DNA of 64,000 nucleotides from NCBI GenBank assembly GCA_977020255.1, contig CDROCS010002946.1, forward strand, positions 186,001 to 250,000, given 5' to 3'. This document shows, one piece after another, positions 15,601-27,600 of the stretch. Both the position numbers and the translations under genes were made by a program. The notes below the pieces were generated by a model. It did no database searches. It saw only the letters and a program-made list of their open reading frames with translations, and was not told the DNA's origin. Position 1 is the stretch's first letter. Each line of letters begins with the position of its first letter. The stretch comes from Obrimoposthia wandeli. Taxonomy: Eukaryota.

Positions 15601-18600
15601 AAGGCGTCAAGGGCCCCCTAACCAAATCAGAAGGACGCAGTAAATTGACACACACATACAGTCGTACACTCCAAGAGAAAAGAAGGACAGTGAGTCATCG
15701 TCTGGGATCCGGGCAATATCGATCGACTACACACATAGCACATTCTGCATTCGCACTGACCTCACCTCGGTACACCATTTCCGGTCACAGACGTCACCTG
15801 CTTTCATTTCACGAGTATCTGTAAGCACAAAAAGCAATCGTTCTTTCGTTGAATAGGAGTTTGTTACACCATTGCATGTCTAACTACAATGCTAACACAT
15901 ACGATTGTTATATCAAGAATTGATAATTTTTACTGTCTAATTATATCAATTATATTGCTAGTAAAAAATTTGAAACAAACACATCAGAATTATATTAAAA
16001 TGAAAGAAGGGTTCTAGTACAAGTGAACATTTAATGAAGCTTCATTGGCTATCGAGAAATGCGAGAAATAAATTTTCATAAGAGTCCAAATTTGTATATG
16101 ATCTTATCGAATCTGATGCAGTGGGCAGCGATGATGACTGTATTTGGTTAAGAAACTCCAAAACTCCAAATATAAAAATGGAATATTTAAAATTTAGTGC
16201 TGCATCTAGCTCCTCGATCCCACCTTGCTTTTTCCATAAATTAAAATGTTATTATAAATTAGTCGTTTCGCAATTCTCGGCCCATATAAAGAATTTTCGA
16301 AAAAGCCAGACTATTTCATTTTATAACAGTACATTGAATCGTTTTTATCTTCATTTTGTAGTAAATCTAGAAGAGCGACCGTGTCTGAATCAAAACTAGG
16401 CTCCCAAGCATGCGAACTGTTAAGACAAGAATACACTGAGGGTAATCTGGAAATGTCCATCAGACAATAGCACATAAGCCAATCAAACTTTGATAGAAAA
16501 AGCAATAACATTTGCCTACTAAATATTTAATTTGTTTTAATTTGACCTAATTCACTAAACTGAGCACACTTTCTAGAGTAACATACGCATAATTATGAGC
16601 ATTCCCAGCTACCTCTAGCATAATGACACAAATTCGTACTTACTATACCCGCCCTACTATCTCACTAAGATCAGTATTCGAATTGAACACTAAAAATCGA
16701 TTTGAAACTTTACTGTATCCTTACAAAATTAAGTGTTCATCCCATCCTCAGATCAAAGAATAATGTATGATTCGCATCTAAGTGAATAGTTTGCTAAATC
16801 CAGCATCATGCAATGTTTACGTCTGGGTTGATCCATAGTCTGCTTTCCTTCCCCCATTTTAAAATACAATATTTCAGCCATATGCGCAGCTTTTCTTCTA
16901 GTAAAAGCAGACCAGATCAGTCAGTATTATATCCCGACTTGATCGATACAACAATAAGTGCCATTTAAGAATACTCACTTATATTTATGAAAATCCATGT
17001 TTTAGTGAATCTTATCTGTGGCTAAATATGCTAAAGACAACTACAACTATTCAACTATCTTAACATACAGACGGACTTGAGGGTAAAAATCTCACTTAAA
17101 GTTTTGGAAGGACAAATCCTGCTAAACTATGGTAATTTCAAATATATTTCTACAAGTTCCTGATTAAATTCCAATGAAAAGTTATAACTAATTCTTTTTA
17201 CCGATACTTTTCAGACTAACAAATGACAAAAGTGGGGAACAACAGATGCACAGTTTCTGGATATAAAACAAGAAAAACAATTGCCTCCAAACTGTATCGA
17301 CAGAGACTTGAGTGTATAGCATTTATTGTATTGCATAATTGATTCACTGAAGTCGACTTCGATGCAGGAAATAGATAATCATCATTGACAATGTTTCAAC
17401 TCTAGAAGTGGTATCTGAATCTGCGACACTTATTTGACAACTCGGACTTACTAATCAGACGCTACAATCACTCATCAAAGCGCTGAATCATGCAAATTTC
17501 ATCACTGTGTTGTGGTTGTAAAGTTCAAATTCGAATTTAATACTTCTTCAAAAAAACTAAATTATAAATAACTTCCATGCATTGAAACATCAGTAGTTAG
17601 TAGGAATAATTAACTTCCCAATGGAATAAAATCCGCCAATTTCTAATAAACTGATTAGATAAGCACTCACTGTTATCAGGTCTCCCACATTGAACGAAAT
17701 AGTTTCTCGAGCGAATGACAGAATCGCTCTGGCTTGGACAGCAAAACAGGCTTCTGTAAATATATTCAACCATTTAAGAACAACCAGTAAAAGTACATCG
17801 CTGATAATTTCAATTGAACTAACAGTGTAAACAAATTAAAACAATCGATTAATTATAATTTTATGAAATAAATCCTAATTAAAAAAATGGATTAATTATT
17901 ATTTCATAATTTAAAAACTCAAATTGAAAATAGTACGTGTCTAATTAGAGGGAATCTGTTAATTGTGATGCTGAGTATAAATGTCGTCAAATCCCCACCT
18001 CTCAGATTCTGTCTCAAATCTGTAGAATAACTGAGCACATGATCAGCATCGTCTAAAGTCGGTGGATGACATGGCACCGCGCTTGGAGTATTTGGGACGT
18101 CGATCTGCAATGACACAACACGACAATTAGAAGACGCCAAGATTCAATTTAGTCGCGCGCTTAATCAATTGAAAAGAGATTTTGTATTTTATCAGCTGTA
18201 CCAAATTGTAAACACACACACCCGGAAAATCAAATTAATCGACTTGGGATGAGTCATGCAATTTGTGCTAGTGTGTTTGGTTAGATATCGATTACAAGCG
18301 GTTTATTAGCTCATTTAGGAGTTTTGTTTTACGGTCATCAATTATTGCGCTCGGGTTTGTACTTTTCCATTTCATAGTTTTATTTAATCCAAATATAATT
18401 TTTAAAATGTGTTAAGAAGAAAAATAGAATCGTTTTCGGTTAGATTAATAAAAATAATGTATAGGCAAGGAACATGAATTGTTTAAATATGCGAAGAATT
18501 GTGATGTTTGTTAAGATAAAGAAACTTAAGTAACAATAATATTCCAGAACACAAAATATTTCAATATCAACAGTACATGCAGTATATTATCAATGCTATT

Positions 18601-21600
18601 TTTGGTCAATTTACGTTTTTTCTGTAAATGGTCCTTGTAAAAACTTGATCCCAAATGTGTAAATATTTCCAAAATAGAATTTATCGAAAGGAAATATACG
18701 ACTTTATGTACAACAGTTTACCTCATGTTTAAAGAACTTATGCGTTGCAGTAACGATCAATTCGAAAAAAATCGGTGTGTGATTATTAGCGATTATTATT
18801 TAGCAATTATTATGGAAATAAATGGATACAGCTAATAATTTGCTTTAACTTAATCAAATCTTGTTCTGACATTATTGCGATGTAGTTTAGTTTGGCTGAC
18901 AAAAGAGGGAGATGGAAAGAGAGAAAATTGGTTAAATATCAATCATGTTGCATATTGGAATTTCCACAACATCATCGACTTAGAAAGGCAACAGAGGCTA
19001 CAATATAAACAAATCCTTATTGGTTGATTGGTAGGACTGACAGTACGCTAAAGTAGTAGGGAATGTGTAGCCGCGGATGATCATGTGCTGGAGTTAATTA
19101 AATGAGCTGCTGACTTCAGCTGGGTGCACATGTTGTGGTCGACTGTTGGTGCAAGTTGACATTTTCAACTCCCGCTAGAAGACACGGCTCCATCTTGTGA
19201 TGTTGCTGCGGGAAACCCTCTTTCCCCCGTCACAACCGTTCGGGATTACAATTCCCACCGAGAACCGGTCTCAACAAAAACCTCACCTTGTCCCATACCT
19301 ACCATTGCTCGGCAATGCCAACGATTCTATTAATTTTTAATCGAAGTTTCGGCAACGTTACAAATAAAAAAGAGTCTGAAATAGAAATGAGGTTAAAGAT
19401 TTTGGTAGCGTAATATTGCTAATCACTTTTGATGATGCTATAGAAAATATCTTGAAACTAAAATACGGGTGATAATTCTAAGGGAGATATTTATTTTAGC
19501 AAGTAAAAGATGTTTGGAAATGCTTCGCGAACAGTTTTATCCAATACTTCATCGTTCAGGAGTGCATGACGGAGCCCCTCCCAGTGCGGTTTGATTGTAA
19601 GAAGTTGGTTGGTTGGAATGTTCGAAAACGAAGGGATGTGCCGTGGTTCGCCAACAATGCCTTGGTCTCTTTGTGATTATTTTCTGTGGGGTTCATAAAA
19701 TCTAAAGGATATGATGTTAAGTGAAATAGTGTACTGAAACTCAAGGAAAAGATCAGAGGCATTTCAGTTAGTAAACCAAAATATGTTTTCTGATCTGTTA
19801 TAGAATTGTCACGGTCCTCTTCGTCGCGTAATGGAAGAAATGGAAAACATACAGAACTCCATACAACTCCACCTTTAGAGTTCACATCCTAAACATTAAG
19901 CTGGCCTCTGTGCGATTAAACTAGCACACACGGTAGCAACGTCTCGCGGCCTCATTCAGTTAAAAGTAAACTGTGAGCAAAATAAAAAATCTACACACTC
20001 TCATGACATTACTTCAATCATTGATGGGTGCAAAGATAGTTGAAAAGATCATCGTGTAAGTTGCAAATTCCACAATATAAAGACAGTATCAAAACTATTG
20101 CAGAGATTAATTAAAAAGAAGTACATGGAATAGTGAGGAATTTATGAAACAAGCCTATATATATTTACATTGGATAAACAACAAAAATGGTGCTTGCTTT
20201 CTACACAGCGATGATTTAATGAGTTTGATAAGTATATGAGAACTCTGGATATGGGCTGGTGTTATGTTGCACATCTTCCAGTTTTGTACCTCACAAAGAT
20301 GTCCCAGGAAGTTAGGGTGTGCGTTATTCTTGCAAAAATCAAGCACCCACCGAATGGAGGCAAAAATAGTGTTTATTTCGACAAGTGCAAGCTTCCTACC
20401 GTATATTTCCACCCTTCACATCAAAGTTTAGGGGGTGTTAGATTCCTACCGTATATTTCCACCCCTCACATCAAAGTTTAGGGGGTGTTAGACGAAGAAA
20501 ATACAATAAATAAGAGTTATAATTAATAAAATTTTGAAACATTATTCCTAATAATTATTTCAACCAACAACCATTTTGTAATTAATATAGCTTGGGAGGG
20601 AAAAGGGGATAGCGTGAAAGACATCAACTGTTTCAATAACTTCACACACACACGCGCGCGAGTTTAATCTCAGATTAATGTTTCAATGCATTTCTCACTA
20701 ATATCAACAATGAATTAAGCTGGGAAAGTGTCTACGCTCAACACCATCAATAATATCCCAATGCAATCCAGCTTTCATCCATTTCCTAGCATAACAATGG
20801 CCTGAGCGGAATTGTGGGAAACTATTTATTGGAGTGGATTAATAGTCCACTTACAAATCCCAATCACAAAGACAGCGATAAAATAGGCCTCTAGTCCTTT
20901 CTAGACCTTTGGTCTCCCAGTATATCTTAGCGTTCCCAATACCCGTATGAGAGGAGAAAATTCAATACCAAACCATTAAAACCGCTATTGCAATACTTAA
21001 TTATAAAAATACTTTCAAAATATATTTGAAATTTTCTACACTGCATTCAAAACGGTTCTTTTTTATTGTCGTTTTGAAAGAAAGGGAATGAGAAAGAGAA
21101 TGGCATCCCAAAATTCTACTCTCGTTGTGAATAGAGCTCAGAATGTATGCAGGTTGAGGTCAGAAGACTAATCGACCCTATCGTAGTTGGATTCAGCTGA
21201 AGTTTCCTTCAAGATAGCGGGCATTTGGAGCGTAGTTGTATCTCATAAAGTGATTAGAATTGAAACGAAGCACTTGGGATGTAACGTCATCAACTGATTC
21301 TCAAATTGTAAACGGATACGATTTATTAAGAATGCTTGGTGAGAAAAACAGCACATCGTACTTATTTAAACTCAATTGTTTATTTCAGAGAATGTAAGGA
21401 TTTTGAAAGCAAACTTTTAAAAGTATATAATAAAACAAATTATTTCTGAATCAACTTGTTTTTTCAAACGAATTTTTGGGTTTAGTGTACTTGTACTGTT
21501 TTTGCATATTACTAAGTTTAGCGGCAAAGTCCCAAATTGCAGTTAAAATTGGCACTTAAAATAGAATCCGACTTCAGGTAATTGCGATACAAAGTCCACA

Positions 21601-24600
21601 ATCGTCTGCGGGACTTATCAGTGGGAAGACCCCAAGAAACCTCGCCCAGATGCCCTTAGATGGCATGGCGATGTACTTGCCTGATCCAGAAATCTGGGCA
21701 CATAAATCAGATTCCTCGGCCCATTTCCCAGAGGCGCTATCAGACCGCTATTCAATGACATCGACATCACGAACTCCTGGCGTAGGAATTCACCCCCCTC
21801 GAAAATTTCAGATTTAGTAAGTTTCAACGAAAGTGTTTAGGGTGTGATAGAGCAAGCACTGCTTCGTCGCAGTTCAAATCTTCGGCAGAAACAATTCTGG
21901 AGTCTATGTTCCTCTACAGAATTTCCTTCTCAGATATACACTGGTTTCAATCAAAACCACAGCTATATTAGAGCATATTTGGAGACAAACGTGTATTTCA
22001 GAAGAAAGCACCTGTAAATGTATTGAGGAACTTTTATAGGACAATATGTGTTAGATAAATAATTGGGCATAAAATTGAAAAAGACCCTGGTTCAGAAGTG
22101 TGAGATGGAGTTATTGCATGTTTGAATACTGATCAGAAAATGGAGGAAATCCCTGCAAAGCGACAGCCGGTGACAGAAATCCTATTTTGAGAATTTGCAG
22201 ACGAAATCCGCGTTTAAAAGGAAAAATTATGGGTGAAGCTGAAAATAAATTCAAAATTTCAATGATATCTGAGTAAAAAGGGACATAAAAAACAAATACG
22301 GTGCCAAAAGTGAAAGGCCAGTAAAAACTACAAAGCAAATCCATGAAAGAAGTTTGGAACTAAAATTGCCAAATAGAAGACATAATCAGAAATATAGATA
22401 GCATTATAGTGAGTTAAATCGAAGCCCAAGTTGAACATTTCTCAGCTGTATCAAAAGAGTGCTCACTCAGGAAACTGATGAAACGCCTTTGTTAGTTATT
22501 TAAGGTGCAAATGATTCAGGGCGGAGCTGCTCGCTTGGTCCTTAGTATGCACAAAAATCGTGAAAGTATGAAGAGCCAACTGAAGGAGCTTGGTTGGTGT
22601 CTGTCCAGTGGTGCTCATTCCAGACAATCTGCCAGCATATCTGAGTGATTTAATAACAAAGGAGCATAGCACGTGATGAGGACCCGAAGATAGAGAATTG
22701 TGTCATGAAGATGGTGTGCTCAAGTGGCAGTGTTAGACGCATGCCTACCCACATGCCTATCTCAATGTCTATGCACGTCAGAAGGCCTAGATCAAGGGAG
22801 TAAAGAGAAAATTGGCGAATTGAGGCTGTAAAGAGACCGGTTATTTCTCGCTCAGCTTCTGGAAACTAGTTGACCGCCACCCTCGCTAAGTGACGTACTG
22901 GGAAAACCTGAGTGGTTTCTGAGTATCAGTAACATTTGGTGTTTTCAATTGTGTATGCCTCAATTGCGTGGAAATATGTACGAGAAATGTAGCTGTAACA
23001 AACCCAGTACGAAATGAGGAACCATAAACAATTTCTGTAAGCGATCCAATAATATCAATCTAATAAGTTGGGCTATTAAACAATAAGGAAGTTAGAATTG
23101 CCGATGTTTTTGAATAAGTTGCACAATGAATGGTGGATGATATTTTCGCAGATTACAGATAACGACTCTCGGTCGATGGACTTGTTGGTATTTGGTACGA
23201 GTAAGGTCGCCCAAACGACATTCAAGTGGTGGTGCTGCATCCGGCGGTGCAGACAGTAGGTCTGGTGTGGTGGTGCGACAGTCGGTGTGAACTAACGGCG
23301 ACTCTCAGAACCAGTTGACGACTGCGACAACATGCTGGTGCTGGCAACGGTATCCTAGTTCCGCGACGACGCTGTGTCAACAGCCGCGTCCACCACCACC
23401 AACCCCTTTTCTCACATGCCCAGTCGGGAGTCACGTGTAAGCATATCTCATAGAAACGGATGATTGAGGGATAGACGAGGAACCAGGCGAGATCCCACCC
23501 TTCTAGCCCAACTACGAATTGCTCATTGCCGGCTGCTCTGGTGTACAAAAATCTTCTAGACCCTTCTGTCGACCCTGTTCAAAGGCCATTCGCTAACACG
23601 CTTGCGCTCCATTGACATTGCCGTCACTCACCTGCTGCTGATTTCTCTCGACCAGAGTTGGACTGTTGGCTCGGAGAACTTTATTGCAGGGGACTCGTGC
23701 AAACACACACAATGTCTCCCTTGGGACAATGGAGAGAGGCAATCATACATCACGAGTTGCCGGGACCAGGCGGACTACTCACCCACCGTCGTCATCCACA
23801 GGAGCAGTCATTGTTGTGGATTACTGAAGCCTACCGACACGTATGTGGATGACCGAGTTTCCCTACACAGCCTCAGCTGCACGCTAACCGCCGACCATTA
23901 CCCCTCGCCCCAGGGAAACTACATCTCAACAATGAAGTCACCGTTATATTTGTTGAAGTATCTCTCGGAGAAATTAGATGATAGCAGGCGTTCAATATGA
24001 AGTGAAACTGCAATTTTGGGTACCTCGTTCGACAGTTTTTAAGGATCTGTAGATACAAATTTCAGGATAATATTGAAGATAATTTTATCAAGATTCTTAT
24101 AAATATGCCACTGGTACTCAATTGAAATGACAATATGACATCAGATTCGATACTGTAGCCATGAACTCACAATGGTTGACTTAGTTCACCAAAGTAGGTC
24201 ACCTACCTTGATTAACATAGTTCATTAAAGTAGGTCACTCACCTTATGTTGTTGCTGCTGGTCACTGCCAAAAGACACGGCTGCATTGGATTCTCTCGGT
24301 GACTGCAGTGCCCGATAGGGGATGGTCTGTTGCTGGCTGCCATATGAGCAGTATGACTGAGACCGACAGTGGTCCGACTCCATCAGCTGCTGCAAGTAGG
24401 ACTCATTGTTGCTGTTGTGGTTTCCATGGCGACAACACCCGCCGCCATGACTGCTACCATGACTACTGCCGTTGCTGTGGCAACTGCCGCTACCGGTGGA
24501 GATTGCCGCGCTACTTCCGTAGGGAGAAGATGAAGAGGCCCCCCCACCTCCAATGTAGCGCTCCACAATGGGCGTGCCCGGTGGAAAAAGTTGACCACCT

Positions 24601-27600
24601 CCCAGATGGCGCCCAGGCCTGTGACAGAGAAGAGGGTCATTGTCTTTCCACACAGTCATTCTCAGCCAGGCACTAAACCACTGCTTATTTGCAACTCGCA
24701 TTTAAAAAATATCCTAAAACAAACTCAAACTATTTGTCATGTTTATTTGTTAGCATATTTGAAAATTCCATGGGATATTCTTGTCTAGTCTAAATGAAGC
24801 TGGTTGACAAGTATGTCAACTAGAGAAGACAATGTGAAACATCGAAGAGAAAATCGAATTCCAAAATTGGCCTATTGTCAGGAAAGTGCCACAGTTTGAG
24901 TACATACCAGGAGAGCCTTGTGCCGCCGCCGAGAAATCGACGTCGACAAATTTGTAGACAACGAAATGAAAATTTAATAATTCAGTTTTTTAGATAATGT
25001 TATATGCTCCATCAGAAATTTATTTTAGATAATCCAAATGTTTTAATTAGATCTAAATTCACTTGATAAGTCAACCAGAAATTGATAATATTTTAAAAGA
25101 ATGTCGAATTCCTATAAAGCAAATTGACTCCCAGCTGCTGCATCTGATCCCTGCCAAGGCATGTTGCTCGGAAATTTGACGAGGAGAAAATAGCTACTAA
25201 TCGACATGATTTCCGCCTGTATTTGGCAAATTCTCAGCCTAACATACTTAAACAAATTCACTCTGAAAGGCAACTGCGTCAATTTCGGTAAGAAGAACTG
25301 GCGATGTGGATCGAATTTGTTGACAAGGTATTTTAAACTTTTTATTTTGGCTCATTATAACGTACACCGCCAATTGCAAAGCTATAATAACTGGGCTTCA
25401 TTGCATCGTGAATGGTCTATACTTGTAATTATCCAGGAGAAATTTGTATTGTTGCAGCAGTAGAGTCATTGCAGAAAATCTACTTTCAAATGGCCATAGT
25501 TTTGATTTACAAAACCTGGGAACCTACAAGAACCCTCTCCGACTTCTCCCCGCAAAGGGATAACTATTTGAAGAGTTTATAAATCATGAAATCTTTGACC
25601 CAATTAGTAGAGCTGGTTTCGTACCAGCGTCTACAATATCCGGTTCGTCCACAGCACCAAACATGGCCCACTAGTTTTGTAATAAATCGCGCAAGTTCAA
25701 TGAAGATCGAATTCAGATCCACTGATCCCACAAAAACAGAAAGGGGTGAGACACTTCATCAGATGTCTTAGAATAAATCTTTTAACAATGTATAATAAGA
25801 AACATTTGAAAAGCATGGCAAAAGAGCTTTAGAAACTCCAAGTAAACGTTGCCAGTTTAGGGATTGTCACATGGTGCTCTTTACTTGAATGACACACAAC
25901 ATATTAAGCAAATCAAGTAGGGAAGTTACTGCAGAAGTTTATTACAGGGAAAGTTACACTTGAAATCTAGTTTATCTTCATATTTTGCAATATAAAACCG
26001 AATCTTTACTCGCTGTTAGATCTATTAAAAAACAGACGTATCAAAACGTACCGAGGTAAAAAATAAATAAAGCAAGTACAACATACAAAAAGGCCAAACA
26101 AAGTAACGATATATACGACTTATGTACACAGCTAAGAGCTGGAAATTTACATTGAGAGAACCCCGATCGTGAAATTCACAAAGGTAATAAAATCCGATAA
26201 GCAACTCGGAACACAAGCTTGCAAATACATGCTCCTAAACCAGAGATGGAATTTTCTTCTTTACGTCTGAAAATGTACAGACAAGAGAGAACAATACAAC
26301 AATCAGCACTTTAATCCCCCATCTTGCCCCGACCACGTTGTACACAACTCCAACAAAGACACTAGTGTGTGTGTGTGAGTGTATTACCCACCTCAAAATA
26401 TGGTCGTGTGTCCGGACACTGTTGTTGGCTGAGGGTGAAGCAGCCACCGCGTCATACAGCATCATCTGTCCCATTTGCTGACTGACGACCCCCACCGCAT
26501 TCGTGGTCGATGATGTCATCGCGGACTTGGACTGGTTGGTGTAGGCTAGCAGAAGATTGATTACCTGCAAGAAACAGACATGCCGGCAGCAGCAGAATGA
26601 TAAAACTTGGTCTGGATTTCTTTTTCTCTCGAAACACACACACGCACACAATCAATACAGTAGCACAAGCACACAGACAAACAAACAAACTGGAGAGAGA
26701 AGAACTCGATTATAATAATTATTATCATTATCAAGTTTACCTCTTTGTGTGTGTATTTTTGCAAAGAATCAACTGCTTAATTAGTGATACAGTGAATTAT
26801 TTATTTATATTAGGCTATTACAGTTAATCTTCCACTAGATTTACTTCATGCACAGTTTGACATTGTCACTGTTGCACAGTAGTCAACAGATAATCTGAAT
26901 TTTTACACCCGAGAAACCAATCACACGGTCCTGGTTACATGGTTACTTGGCTGATAATAATAACAATTATGTGTCAATTATTGCAAAATATTATTTCGAT
27001 GTTTTTTCTCATCCAATTTTCCGGTCGCGCCCTGTTTCAAAATGACCCTGTCGTTTGTCAGTAACTGCAGTATTTGCTTCGTGCCCTTTTGTGCCAATTT
27101 AGAGATCAATAGTTGCAGGGAATTTTAGCGCTTGATTCTGGACAAATGTCCCATAGCAAATCAGTTGTACATTTATTTGTCTCTTACATGTGGCTCGGCA
27201 AACGTCATGTGTATGTTATCACAATGACTTATCTTTCTTTGAATGAGAATTTATTAGAACTAACCCTTCAAATCTTGAGCATAGCCTCTCGATTTAGAAA
27301 ATTGTCAAAGAAGTTTCGTTGTAATTTGAATGCTTTATTTACAGACATTGTGAACTCAACCACAACACCATTTAACACCAAAATGTAAAATTGATCCCCA
27401 ATAAAAATGGAATAAATAGTCTAAACGCTTTGAAATTTTTCAGAGGGAAATTTTTCCACTTTTCAAATCTGCATTTTTTGAGCATTTCTCAAAGGTTTAT
27501 CTTAGATTAGCGTTTAAGATACAGTAAAATAAATTGAAATGTCATGCTTCTAGATTCCAAGGGTTTCAATTCTTCTCCAAACATATTCTCCCGTTAATAA

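Noticed and set aside
27113-27400. hAT transposase dimerisation-domain remnant on the minus strand
   Set aside because: Requires frameshifts and gives only a vague match.
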